This document shows, piece after piece, positions 27,491 through 37,736 of a stretch of DNA of 64,000 nt; the stretch's first letter is position 1, and every line of letters begins with the position of its first letter. The translations under genes were made by a program, and so were the position numbers. Where the stretch lies: NCBI GenBank assembly GCA_029060545.1, contig JAIDTT010000001.1, positions 773-64,772 on the forward strand, in the 5' to 3' direction. The notes under the pieces were generated by a model. The model was not told the origin of the DNA. It saw only the letters and a program-made list of their open reading frames with translations, and did no database searches. The stretch is from Paramuribaculum sp. (GTDB lineage: Bacteria; Bacteroidota; Bacteroidia; Bacteroidales; Muribaculaceae).

Positions 27491-30400
27491 TCAACGGGCT
27501 AATGAGAAGTTGAATGAAAGGCCGAAGGCCGTGTTGGTGGTTGGGTACGCGGTTGACGATACGAGCGGTGTATTGATCTGATGCTCGAAGTAAAGTCCGA
27601 GCTTCATTCGGCGGCTCAGTATATAGTTGGCCGTCAGATTAAACGCCACCGTACGTGTGCCTGATGTGGCTTGTGTGAAGCTGTTTTCGATACGGCGTAT
27701 CAGAGCCTGAGTGAAAGAGTAGGAGAAGTCGGCATTGAGCGTGAGGTCGTTGCTGACACCCTGCTGCGATCCCTTCATTTTCAGTACGGTGTTGAAGCCT
27801 ACGATCTTATATCCGAATCCGGCTTTGATGCCGCGCTGATTAGCTTCCACGACCTGAGCAGCCGAAGTATTGAGGGTGAGGGTACGCTGATCGCGGTATT
27901 CGGCATTGAAGGTCATATTGTTGTAGAGCGTGGCTGTGAGGCCGAATAGTGGGGCGAAGCGCTCGGTGATGGTCACCGACGAGATATTGTAGGGAGAGGA
28001 GGGTATAGGGTTGCCGGTGAGCTCGTCGAGGGTAAAGCCGAGTTTACCGCCGTCGGCCGATACCCAGTTGAGATACGACGAGTAGGAACCAACGGTGTAG
28101 GTACACTGATATGCGTGATTGATGGTGAGTGATTTGAATATAGCGCGGATAGCCGGGATGTAGACCAGACCCTCGTAAGTGATACGCCAGTTGGGGAGCA
28201 CATCGGCGAGACCTGGGAATACCGACAGATATTGTGTGGCGGCATTGCGGCCCGAGTAGGCGGCGAGGAATGCCGGGATGAGCACGTCGGACGATGTGCG
28301 GCTCACTGTACCTACCGTGGGATTATATGGCGTACCCGCTTCCGGTGTCCCTTCCATAAAGCCGGTAGTCGGGTAGCTGAGGCCGTGATACTGGGATTCG
28401 ACACGCTCGGTAATCACAGGAATGTTGGCGAGGAATTGCTCGAAGGCTGCACTCTGATAGCCGTTGTCGGGACTCGATGTGCGCAGTGCCGTAGCCAGTG
28501 CGCAGTGGGTCTTGGTGTATGTGCCGCCGAAGGCGGTAGGCATATCGGCATACATAAACTGTACCTGCTGTGTGCGATTGTCGGTGCGGTTGGAGGTGAG
28601 CTGTATCTTGAGTCCGCGTATCGGTTCGAGTGTGAGCTCGAAGTTGATTTCGCTCGCATGTGAATACATAGCTGGGGAGGTCTGACCTGAGCCGGTCATG
28701 AGCCATCCGCGTTCCTTGGCTTTGTCGACATACGATTCGTCGACGAAACCGAAGGCGAAGTCCAGACCGGGCGACATCGGACCATAGCTGTTGCTTTGGC
28801 CAAAAATATTACCCACGTTGGGGAGGAAGAGCGGCACTGAGAGCGAGCGGGTGTCACTCCAGCGTACGTTGGCGCTGCGGGTCATCATCAGGAAGCGGGC
28901 GGCATATTCGGCTGCCTCATCCCAGAAGCTATTTTTATCCTTGCGCACTTCGGTGATGGTAAACTTCACGTTTTCAGTACCCATGGTGAGAATTTCCACA
29001 TTGTTGGCATCGATTACGCGCGATTTGATTTCCACTGGCTCATCGGGTGCCGATGCCTTTACGGCGGTGATCTTCACCTTCTTGTTGCGCAGATTGTGCT
29101 TGATCACGAATGTGGTGTCGGGTTTCAGACTATAGGTGCGCTCAAACTTCTTTGGCTTCTGTGTCTGAGCATTATTGCCCGAATTGGCATTCTGGCGTGC
29201 ATTGCGGGTATTTCGCGCTCGGGTGGCGGCAGCGAAGCGGGTGTTGATCTTCTTCAGATAAGCCGACTTATTATAGAGTTGTTCGAAATTCAGTCGGCCG
29301 TCGACGCTGAGTACCCCCTGATTGGCTATCGTATTGCCGAGGTTGACATCCTCCACCGTGGCACCGCGATCCCAACGGTATGTTGAATTGTAGTTGGCGT
29401 TGGCGGTGATGAAGTCGAGTGCCGGAATGCGGTTGAAGGGGGCGCGGTAGGCGGCGGTGAATGTCTGATTATATCCCCATGGTGTACCCATGTGCATGAT
29501 ACTGCTCCAGATCGTGTCGCGCCACTCGCGGTACTGCTCGGGAAAGAGTTTGCGGTTTACGGCGCCGACCGGCTCCTCGATGCGGGCGGCGGTATTGGAA
29601 TTGAATGTAAGGCTGAGCGACTTGGTAAGGTTCCACGTCACGGCGAGCTGGCGATCCCACATGAAGTTTTTGCTCACCGACACAGGCAGCTGGAAGTTGA
29701 CGTCGGTGGCGCTGCGTGTCTGCTGCTCGTAGTAGTAGCGCGACATAGAGGTGAGGAACGATATGGAAGTTGGCAACCAGTTCACTTCCCACTCTTTGAA
29801 GAATTTGAGGTTCTTATTGTTGGTCTTCAGCCAGCTGAACGGTTTCAGCGGCTTGAAGTAGGGAGTATAGGTGTACTGGAAGCTGCCGCGGTAGTCGTTG
29901 ATGTTCTCGTATTCGGTAGTCGGGTCGTTTTTCGACGATTTGCTGAACGAGAAGCTGAGCGTGAAGTTGGCCGGATCCCATGGCATCGGATTCTTGCTGC
30001 GTACGTTGAAGTTGAGACCTGACACAGAGAAGTTTTCCTGAGAGGCTCGTTCGAGCGCGTATGAGTTGATGGAGTCGCGTTCGGCGGATGTGGCACCTTC
30101 CAACGCGTCGGCCAGACGCACGTCCTGATCGAGCGGATTATAGAGAGGGGTGGTGCGCTCCTTGGTCATGGAGTAGAATATCGGTGCGCGGAGCTTGGCT
30201 TTCTCGGGAAGGAAGCGGCCGAGATCCGACTGCACCGCCACCGAATAGCGAGTGTAGGAGTCCATACGCCGTTCGTTGAGACTCTGATCCACACCGCCGA
30301 ATCCTGCGCTCTCGTGGTGAGCGGTCATATTGAGTGTGGCCACGTCAGAGAGTCCGAGCTGCGCCGTGGCGTCCATAGCCCAGCCGCCTTGCGACTCGAA

Positions 30401-33400
30401 GTCGGTGACGCGGAGTTCGTTGACCCAGACTATACCATCTTTGGTCTGCGATGCGTTGTTGCGCACACCGACCATGATCACTCGGATATCCGACAGCGAG
30501 GGATTACCCATCACCGATATGCGGTTGCGCTCGTTGTCGGGGTCATTGCCTCGGTATAGCACTCCGAAGCCTACACCTTCCTGCTGGTTGCGCTTGGCCT
30601 GGTTACGCTCCTTCTTGAGATCGACGAGACACTGCAGCGGGAAGTTGAAGTAGTTTTGCTCGGGCCACACGATAGAGCGGTCAGTAGGATTGTCGGAGTA
30701 GCGTCCGTGGGGCGTGAGTTGCAGGGGCACTTCATATTCATAGAAGTTGTTTTTCACATCGGAGCCCATACGGATGAATACGCTCAGATCACCGTTGCGG
30801 AGATCGGTATTGTCGTCGATGAGCGATTCGGCGTGTACCCACATCTGCATCCGCTTGTAGTTGCGGAGGTCGTGGGATGTGGTGCGGTACACGGCGCGGG
30901 CATCACCGGCCTGCAGGTCGGTGACTTTGAGCGAAAGCGACTGCTCGTTAAGCTGCACCACCTGGGTCTGGCCAGGGTCGGAGATACGGGTCACACCGGG
31001 AGGAAGTACATAGTTGACAGGCGTACGTCCGGAATTTTCTTCGATATTGACCACCGATACGTCAAGCTTGCCGTCGGCCGGAGCATCGCCGCGGAGATTG
31101 AGGTTGAAATCATAAGGTCGCCATTCGCCGCGTACGAGTTCGAGGGTGGCGAATCGCAGGTGTGTGGGCTTGGAGAAGCCGGTCATAAACATTCGCACGA
31201 AGCGGATAGTGGAGAAGCCGTTGATAGAGCCTACGATCTTCTCATAGTCGTCGAGCGGAATCTTGAACTGGAACCATTCGACTGTGAGTTCGCCGCCGTC
31301 GCGTGTCGGCACTACTGATACTTGCTTGTCGGTAATGTAGTTACGGCCTACAACGAGGTCCTCGGGGCGGATGCTCACTTTATACTGATAGTATCGTTCG
31401 TATTCGTTGAGCGTGTTGTCCTGATTGATGTCCTCCACATCGGGAAGCGAGCGCGACGATTGATAGAGAGGATCCGGAGCATCGTCGGGCGAGAGCGAGT
31501 TGCCTTCCACACCATTGTAGCGCTTGTAGCGGTCGAGGATGGATGTATGCTGCTGGTCGTAGTCGTGGCCGAGATAGAAGTGATAGTTGTCGCCGGCGGG
31601 GTCATTGAGGGGCGAGAATTCGTCGTCCTGCATGGCGAGCAGCGTCGTCTGCGGCAGGCGTGAGCGCAGCCCGTCAAGGTATTCGGAGTAGGATGAGAAG
31701 GTAAATTCGTCATCGTTTTTCAGACCGTCGAGACCGACGTCCTGATTGAGTCGGGCACGGTCGCTGTTGTCGAAAGCGTACGTCAGAGAGTTCTGTGAGC
31801 TTACGCGACCCCACACGGTAGATGTGGTCTGATTGGTGGTGCCGTCGTAGGGCAGACCGTTCTCATACGATTTCAGACCGTCCTTGAGGATATCCTCACT
31901 GATTTCGCCGAAGTTGAAGTAGAGATCGCCGCCTTCGTAGTTGGGATTGTCGGGATCAAGGAAGGGGTTGAGCATCCAGAACTGCACATACTCGATGTTG
32001 CTCTGCTCGAAGTTGGTGTTCTCAAGTCGGCGCATGATACCGCCCCAGCGGCGTTCGGGATTGGTGAGATTGCCGTCGGCGTCGATATTTACCGCGTCGA
32101 GGTTGTATGGACCGCGCTCTGAGGGATAGAAGGAGAGGTTGAGTGTCTGGATCGTAGAAGCTTCGCCGTAGGTGATCTGACGGTCGGGGAATATCTCGCG
32201 CATTGTCACCTCGCGCACGTAGGGATTGGAAAGCTGCTGCACGTCGCTCTTGAGATAGCCGGGCAGCATTGATGAGTTTTTGGATGTGAACAGGCGGTCA
32301 ATGTAGTACCAGTTGAGCAGGGCGCGGTTTTTGCCGTAGTCCACATTGTTGCTCAGTGCGGCTTCGGGGAATAGAGCGCCTGAGCCTGATTCGTATGGGG
32401 TGGAGGCGAGAAACCATGCGTAGGGGGATCGGAGGTCGACGCCGCTCTGCGCCGATTCGAAGTCGTCGATGAATGAGCTGCCGGCATTCGAGCCGCTCTT
32501 CTGCGCGTGGGGGATGAGCTGGGCGAATTCGCCACGCACATTGATGGTCGACGGCGCAGTGGCGTTGACTGTCGGTATCTTGTTGAGCCAGTTGGTAAGC
32601 CACATAAAGTCCTTATTATAGGAGAAGTTGAGGCCCCACATGGTATTGTTGACGATCTCGTCGCCGATGTTGACCTTCTCGGTCAGCGCTTTCTCACCGT
32701 AGTGGAGGATCGTACCGCCGAGGGTGAAGTCCTTGCTGAACTTGTAGCTGAGATCGAGGCCGAGGAGGGTCTTTCGTTGCATTGAGAACATTGACTGGTT
32801 TTCGAGCGTCACGCTGATGCTCTGGCCTGAGTCAATGATGCTCTGGTTGATTATGGTCACCACGCCCATAGCATAGTCCACCGTATAGTCGCTGTTTTCG
32901 TTGAGCACCACGCCGCCGGCAGTCACAATCACAGATCCGCGCGGTACGTTCATGGCGTTGAGGCGTATCTGCGCGCCGGCCGATGCTTGATATTCGCCGG
33001 TGAGTACAAATTTGTTCTTGTCGGCAAACTGGCGCGCCACGACCAGAGTGCTGTCGTAAAGTTCCTGATACACGTACTGGCGGGCGAGTGTGGGATTGTT
33101 GATCTTCTTCGCCAGATGCGAGCCGAAGGGCTCGACTACCGGGAAGATGATCTTACCCGACGATGACTGTACGGTGTAGCCTTCGATGAAGTCGAAGAAG
33201 CCGTCGGAATTGGATTGCTGGTTGGAGTCCAGTCGGTCGAGATTCATCACCTGAAGCAGAGGCTGCTTTTCGAGGCCGGGCACCGGAAGGTAATTTATCT
33301 CCGTGCCGGTAGTGTCGGAGAGATACTTGATCTGCAGCTTGAAGTTGGTATTCTGAAGCTGGTAGGCTCCGAGCGAGTATACGTTTTTCATCATCAGGTG

Positions 33401-35011
33401 CCACATCGGCAGGTCGGTCGATATGGTGGTGCCTTTGAGCATCTTCACGAAGAGGGTCTGATCGGTGGATGTGATGTCGGAGGAGAACTCACCTACCTGA
33501 TACACTTTGCCGTTGTAGGTGTATTCGTATGCGATGCCCACCACGTCGTCGGAACTCATCTGCGATTTGAAGGAGATATAGCCCAGTGTGGCGTTGAGGG
33601 TATATTCGCTCGTGGTGAGCAGACGTGCGCTCTCCACTTTCTCATAGTCGCGGCCACCTTCGATACCGTAGGCAGCAAGGGGTGCAAGCGCCTGGGTGAC
33701 GGTGTTGATATTGCGTGCTTCGGGATACTGGGTTTTGATTTCCTGAAGCAGATTATTGGAAGCATTGGCAGGATTAGGCAGGGAGGGGTTGGATATCCAG
33801 TGGCTGTTGGCCTGCCGGGAACTTTCGCCCAGGTCCATAAATGCTACCAAAGAGCGGCTCTGGTTGAAGTTGCCGCTCTTGTTGGTCACCCACACCTCAA
33901 CGCGTGTGATCTGCACACCGGAGGTGACGATGGGGAGTTTGGATGCGAATTGGTCGTAGTTGTCGCGGAAGAAGTGTGCCATGAAGAAGTGGCGGTTGGC
34001 ATCGTACTGATCTGCATTGACAGAGAAGGGGGTGGTCTGCGCTCCACCTTTGGTGGATACGGAGCGCGACTCGGAGTTCTGTTGCGATACTAAAGCGGTG
34101 GCCGTGAGTCGGCCGAATTGCAGCTGTGCTTTTACACCGAACAGGGCCGTGCTGCCTCGTATAAGCGATGAGCCGGTAGACATGCTCACGTTACCGGCTT
34201 CGATGTATTTGAGTATATCATCCTCACCGCCTTCATATTGCAGCTTGAGATTCTTGGAGTCGAAGTCGAAGGTGGCATCGGTGTTGTAGGTCATGTTGAA
34301 CTTCAGTCGGTCGCCCACACTGGCAGCGATCGTGGCCTGTATCTTCTGGTTGAAGTCGAAGAAGGTCTTGCGGCGGGAGTTGAGCGACAGGGCGGGATTG
34401 TCGGTATAGTTGGACTTGATGCCCATGTCGATCTGCACGGAGCCCTGGGTCTTGAGACTTACGCCACCCGGACCGAAGATCTTTTCGAGGGGGCCGAGTG
34501 CGAAGTTCATGTCAAGGATGTCGAAGGGCTTGCGTTCATTTTGCTCGGTGAGTTGCTCTGAGTTGCGCCGGTGATAATACTGCTGCATCGATTGGCGGGT
34601 CTGCCAGTCGTTGTATTGGCTTGCCGTGAGGATGAATGGAGTGGTGATCTCCATATCGCCCACCTTGGAGCGGATGATGTAGCAGCCTGTCTCCGGGTCG
34701 AAGTCGGCCTCGGTGCGCACATTCTTTGGCGTAGCGAGGTCGGCCGAAAGCTGTTGACCCATAAGCTCCTCATAGCTTTGCGGCACGATTTGCTGCACCG
34801 GGGTGTTGGGCAACATTATGGAATCGAGCGGCGACAGGGGAGCCGGCTGTGCGGGAGCTCCTTGTGAAGCCGGAGGAGGCGGTGCGAGTTCCGATTTGTA
34901 GTATTGAGCCCAACCCAGAGCCGAACCGAGCAAGATGAGAATGGCTATAATCCACAGAGACCTGTGTATTCTCAATGCCTGTGATGTATGTGATAAGTGT
35001 TGGTTTGCCAC
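27491..35011 (-). CDS. sprA: Type IX secretion system outer-membrane translocon SprA (Sov)
   Basis: 2506 aa; FDFNQKIQ, NFDANRHFF-like QYDANRHFF, LNLSFYPSERGPYN, WGGIMR, VWVNELR, C-terminal FGLSFNFSL; downstream of ruvA. Confidence 0.93.
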   Translation of the reverse strand: MANQHLSHTSQALRIHRSLWIIAILILLGSALGWAQYYKSELAPPPPASQGAPAQPAPLSPLDSIMLPNTPVQQIVPQSYEELMGQQLSADLATPKNVRTEADFDPETGCYIIRSKVGDMEITTPFILTASQYNDWQTRQSMQQYYHRRNSEQLTEQNERKPFDILDMNFALGPLEKIFGPGGVSLKTQGSVQIDMGIKSNYTDNPALSLNSRRKTFFDFNQKIQATIAASVGDRLKFNMTYNTDATFDFDSKNLKLQYEGGEDDILKYIEAGNVSMSTGSSLIRGSTALFGVKAQLQFGRLTATALVSQQNSESRSVSTKGGAQTTPFSVNADQYDANRHFFMAHFFRDNYDQFASKLPIVTSGVQITRVEVWVTNKSGNFNQSRSLVAFMDLGESSRQANSHWISNPSLPNPANASNNLLQEIKTQYPEARNINTVTQALAPLAAYGIEGGRDYEKVESARLLTTSEYTLNATLGYISFKSQMSSDDVVGIAYEYTYNGKVYQVGEFSSDITSTDQTLFVKMLKGTTISTDLPMWHLMMKNVYSLGAYQLQNTNFKLQIKYLSDTTGTEINYLPVPGLEKQPLLQVMNLDRLDSNQQSNSDGFFDFIEGYTVQSSSGKIIFPVVEPFGSHLAKKINNPTLARQYVYQELYDSTLVVARQFADKNKFVLTGEYQASAGAQIRLNAMNVPRGSVIVTAGGVVLNENSDYTVDYAMGVVTIINQSIIDSGQSISVTLENQSMFSMQRKTLLGLDLSYKFSKDFTLGGTILHYGEKALTEKVNIGDEIVNNTMWGLNFSYNKDFMWLTNWLNKIPTVNATAPSTINVRGEFAQLIPHAQKSGSNAGSSFIDDFESAQSGVDLRSPYAWFLASTPYESGSGALFPEAALSNNVDYGKNRALLNWYYIDRLFTSKNSSMLPGYLKSDVQQLSNPYVREVTMREIFPDRQITYGEASTIQTLNLSFYPSERGPYNLDAVNIDADGNLTNPERRWGGIMRRLENTNFEQSNIEYVQFWMLNPFLDPDNPNYEGGDLYFNFGEISEDILKDGLKSYENGLPYDGTTNQTTSTVWGRVSSQNSLTYAFDNSDRARLNQDVGLDGLKNDDEFTFSSYSEYLDGLRSRLPQTTLLAMQDDEFSPLNDPAGDNYHFYLGHDYDQQHTSILDRYKRYNGVEGNSLSPDDAPDPLYQSSRSLPDVEDINQDNTLNEYERYYQYKVSIRPEDLVVGRNYITDKQVSVVPTRDGGELTVEWFQFKIPLDDYEKIVGSINGFSTIRFVRMFMTGFSKPTHLRFATLELVRGEWRPYDFNLNLRGDAPADGKLDVSVVNIEENSGRTPVNYVLPPGVTRISDPGQTQVVQLNEQSLSLKVTDLQAGDARAVYRTTSHDLRNYKRMQMWVHAESLIDDNTDLRNGDLSVFIRMGSDVKNNFYEYEVPLQLTPHGRYSDNPTDRSIVWPEQNYFNFPLQCLVDLKKERNQAKRNQQEGVGFGVLYRGNDPDNERNRISVMGNPSLSDIRVIMVGVRNNASQTKDGIVWVNELRVTDFESQGGWAMDATAQLGLSDVATLNMTAHHESAGFGGVDQSLNERRMDSYTRYSVAVQSDLGRFLPEKAKLRAPIFYSMTKERTTPLYNPLDQDVRLADALEGATSAERDSINSYALERASQENFSVSGLNFNVRSKNPMPWDPANFTLSFSFSKSSKNDPTTEYENINDYRGSFQYTYTPYFKPLKPFSWLKTNNKNLKFFKEWEVNWLPTSISFLTSMSRYYYEQQTRSATDVNFQLPVSVSKNFMWDRQLAVTWNLTKSLSLTFNSNTAARIEEPVGAVNRKLFPEQYREWRDTIWSSIMHMGTPWGYNQTFTAAYRAPFNRIPALDFITANANYNSTYRWDRGATVEDVNLGNTIANQGVLSVDGRLNFEQLYNKSAYLKKINTRFAAATRARNTRNARQNANSGNNAQTQKPKKFERTYSLKPDTTFVIKHNLRNKKVKITAVKASAPDEPVEIKSRVIDANNVEILTMGTENVKFTITEVRKDKNSFWDEAAEYAARFLMMTRSANVRWSDTRSLSVPLFLPNVGNIFGQSNSYGPMSPGLDFAFGFVDESYVDKAKERGWLMTGSGQTSPAMYSHASEINFELTLEPIRGLKIQLTSNRTDNRTQQVQFMYADMPTAFGGTYTKTHCALATALRTSSPDNGYQSAAFEQFLANIPVITERVESQYHGLSYPTTGFMEGTPEAGTPYNPTVGTVSRTSSDVLIPAFLAAYSGRNAATQYLSVFPGLADVLPNWRITYEGLVYIPAIRAIFKSLTINHAYQCTYTVGSYSSYLNWVSADGGKLGFTLDELTGNPIPSSPYNISSVTITERFAPLFGLTATLYNNMTFNAEYRDQRTLTLNTSAAQVVEANQRGIKAGFGYKIVGFNTVLKMKGSQQGVSNDLTLNADFSYSFTQALIRRIENSFTQATSGTRTVAFNLTANYILSRRMKLGLYFEHQINTPLVSSTAYPTTNTAFGLSFNFSLAR

Positions 35012-35075
35012 TGCGTGGATTGGTCTGAGAGGTTGGGTTTCGCGCCCGCGCGCGTACGCACGTAAAGCCGACGGA

Positions 35076-35657
35076 CTACATCATCGCCAAGGCTTTTTTG
35101 ATAGCCACCTCGACCTTGACTGTCGGGTCGTTCTCAAAAATCTTTTTGAGCGCCTTCTGACTCTGCGGCCGGGTGAAGCCGAGCATCACAAGAGCCAGCA
35201 ATGCTTCGTCGAATACATCGCCTGTAGCTACGGGCTGATTTATTAACGTATCGCCTGATGGTTTTATTTTATCGCGAAGGTCAACAATGATGCGCTGAGC
35301 CGTTTTTGTGCCTATTCCTTTTACACTTTTGAGCCGCTGATGATCACCACCCACTATCGCCATCTCAAGTTCGGGAGCCGGGACGGAGGACAAGATCATC
35401 CGCGCCGTATTGGCTCCCACTCCGGATACGCCTATTAGCGATCGGAATAGCTGTCGTTCCTGCTCGTCGACGAATCCATAGAGCTGATGTGCGTCTTCTC
35501 TGATGGCTTCATGTACGAGCAGCCGCGTCTCTTTCTTGCCTTCGAGTGCGGCATAGGCTACAAGTGAGATTTCGAGGCGATAGCCCACGCCGCCACAGTC
35601 GATCACGGCATAAGTAGGTGTGAGTTCGGCCAGCGGCCCGCGTATATATTCGATCAT
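35076..35657 (-). CDS. ruvA: Holliday junction branch migration protein RuvA
   Basis: MIEYIRG, GGVGY, IREDAHQLYGF, VSGVGAN, VKGIGTKTAQRI, ALVMLGF. Start at ATG 35657. Confidence 0.96.
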   Translation of the reverse strand: MIEYIRGPLAELTPTYAVIDCGGVGYRLEISLVAYAALEGKKETRLLVHEAIREDAHQLYGFVDEQERQLFRSLIGVSGVGANTARMILSSVPAPELEMAIVGGDHQRLKSVKGIGTKTAQRIIVDLRDKIKPSGDTLINQPVATGDVFDEALLALVMLGFTRPQSQKALKKIFENDPTVKVEVAIKKALAMM

Positions 35658-35674
35658 AATCTGAGGGTTGTCGG

Positions 35675-36355
35675 TTACTGATTGTTGTCGGGAGTGAATG
35701 CCTTCCACAGCGGATCGTCGGGGAGCGATGCGGTGAGGTCGATATGATTGTGTGATACCGGATGCTCGAACTCTATCCGATAGGCTTGCAGGGATATGGA
35801 GCCGTCGGGGTTGGACCGCTTGTCGCCATACTTCAGGTCCCCGCGTATCGGACAGCCTATGGCTGAGAGCTGGGCGCGGATCTGATGTTTTCGTCCCGTC
35901 TCAAGATTTACTTCTATGAGATGGTAGCGGTCGCTGTGGCCTATCACGCGATAGGTAAGCGCAGCCTCTTTGGCTCCGGCTTTCGGGGTGGCCGATACAT
36001 AGGTCTTGTTGTTGCGCTCCACAGAGGTGAGATAGTGTACCAGACGTCCTTCCGGTGGCGTGGGTATTGAGCGCGTGATGGCGCGGTATGTCTTGCGTAC
36101 CTCGCCACGGCGAAACATTTCATTAAGTCGCGCCAATGCCTTGGATGTCTTGGCGAATACCACGAGACCGCTTGTGGGGCGGTCAAGGCGGTGCACTACG
36201 CCGCAAAACACATTGCCGGGCTTCTGATACTTCTCTTTGATATAGCGGCGCACCGTCTCTACGAGCGGTTCGTCGCCCGTCTTGTCGCCCTGCACAATCT
36301 CGCCGGGGCGCTTGTCTACCACTATTATGTGATTGTCCTCGTAAACTACCTGCAT
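35675..36355 (-). CDS. RluA family RNA pseudouridine synthase
   Basis: VHRLDRPTSG (catalytic Asp), LETGRKHQIR, PIRGDLKYG. Confidence 0.92.
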   Translation of the reverse strand: MQVVYEDNHIIVVDKRPGEIVQGDKTGDEPLVETVRRYIKEKYQKPGNVFCGVVHRLDRPTSGLVVFAKTSKALARLNEMFRRGEVRKTYRAITRSIPTPPEGRLVHYLTSVERNNKTYVSATPKAGAKEAALTYRVIGHSDRYHLIEVNLETGRKHQIRAQLSAIGCPIRGDLKYGDKRSNPDGSISLQAYRIEFEHPVSHNHIDLTASLPDDPLWKAFTPDNNQ

Positions 36356-36362
36356 AATGATG

Positions 36363-36370
36363 CAAATTTA
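36363..36370 (-). promoter_or_regulatory. -7 promoter element for the RluA-ruvA-sprA transcript (near-leaderless)
   Basis: Minus strand TAAATTTG, only 7 nt upstream of ATG 36355. Confidence 0.6.
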
Positions 36371-36428
36371 CGAAAGTAATTCCAATCACCGAAATCTCAC
36401 CACGTCAAACTACCGGCAGATGGAATGA

Positions 36429-37736
36429 TCAGTAGCGGGGGGAGTTGTAGAAGTCGAGTACGCGGATGCGTAGCTGGGTCTCGTAGCGGCTTTGGATAGT
36501 CTGAACCTGTGCGTTGTAATAGGCCGATTTGGCTTGTTCGTATTCAGTGGCGTTGGCTCGGCCGTAGTTGTATTTTTCGGTCATGGCTTCATAGGCGAGG
36601 CGCGCAGCTTCAGCGGCGGCAAGGGCGGCATCGTACTTGCGTCGGGAAGCATCGGCCTGATACCATGCCTGCCCGATTGCCGTCTGCAGACGGTATTCGG
36701 CATCTTCATAGGCCAAAAGGGCATTCTGCTTCTGCAGTCGCGCCTTACGCTCGGAGTTGCGGGTGGTGAAAGCGTCGAAGACGGGTATAGACAGGGTGAA
36801 GCCGAGCGACTTATTGAAGTTGTCGCGCATCTGGCGGTGGAATGGCGCGTTGTCGAGCCCCGCGATGTTGTAGTAGCTGCTGCCAAGGCCGGCGTTGAAC
36901 GACAATCGGGGCATATAGCCGGTGCGGGCGAGTGAGATCTGGCGGTCGGCGGCATCGATCTCCAGTCGGGCCGCACGCAGCCCGTTGTTGTACTCGGTGG
37001 CATTGTCTGCTACTGTAGCCGCATCGGGCAGCAGAGGCAGTTCGCCGTTGCGCGACAAGGGGGCTACATCGAAATCGTTGAGATCGGGAAGCTGCATGAG
37101 TCGGCTAAGATCAAAAAGAGCGAGATTGCGGTCGGCATCGGCAGATACGGCCGAGAGGCTATCCTGAGCAAGTTGAGCTTCTGCCTGCCGCAGATCGAGT
37201 TCGGGAATCTTTCCGGCTTCAAGGAGAGTACGCCGGCGGTCAAGTTCGACGCGCGACATACGCATCTGCTCGTGAGCAAGCTGCGCCATCTCACCATTGT
37301 ATAGCACCTGAAGATATTGAGCCATTACCTGAAGTATCACATCGTCCTTGGCCGCTTCGACCTTACGCTCAGCTACGCTGAGATTGGCGCGGGAGAGGTC
37401 GAGACGGCGCTTGGCCTGCAGTCCCTGAAATAGCGGTAGCGAAAGGCTAACGCTCCAGCCGGTCTGCGAGGTGTTGCGGTCGGCGTATGTATTGTCGGAT
37501 GTCAGGCCGCGGCCGAAGTTGAAGGTCTGCGATGCGCCTGCGCTGACTGATGGGAGGAATGCATCCTTGGCTTCGGTGATGTCGAGTTCAGCGGAATTGA
37601 CTTGCAGCGAGTTCTGACGTACGCTCATATTGTGAGCAACGGCATAGTCTATGCACTCGTCGAGAGTCCAGAGACGGGGCTGTGCGCCTGCGCTCGTTAT
37701 GATCAAAAGCAGTATGGCGGAAGCTGTCGTTCTCAT
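36429..37736 (-). CDS. TolC family outer-membrane efflux channel
   Basis: Signal peptide, WTLDECIDYAVAHN, two OEP repeats (FLPSVSA...SLSLPLFQG; YMPRLSF...LSIPVFDA). Confidence 0.9.
   Translation of the reverse strand: MRTTASAILLLIITSAGAQPRLWTLDECIDYAVAHNMSVRQNSLQVNSAELDITEAKDAFLPSVSAGASQTFNFGRGLTSDNTYADRNTSQTGWSVSLSLPLFQGLQAKRRLDLSRANLSVAERKVEAAKDDVILQVMAQYLQVLYNGEMAQLAHEQMRMSRVELDRRRTLLEAGKIPELDLRQAEAQLAQDSLSAVSADADRNLALFDLSRLMQLPDLNDFDVAPLSRNGELPLLPDAATVADNATEYNNGLRAARLEIDAADRQISLARTGYMPRLSFNAGLGSSYYNIAGLDNAPFHRQMRDNFNKSLGFTLSIPVFDAFTTRNSERKARLQKQNALLAYEDAEYRLQTAIGQAWYQADASRRKYDAALAAAEAARLAYEAMTEKYNYGRANATEYEQAKSAYYNAQVQTIQSRYETQLRIRVLDFYNSPRY

Noticed and set aside
35076-35657. ruvA without ruvB, and nspC without its dehydrogenase partner
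   Set aside because: These partners are often encoded elsewhere in Bacteroidota; absence from a 64-kb window is uninformative.
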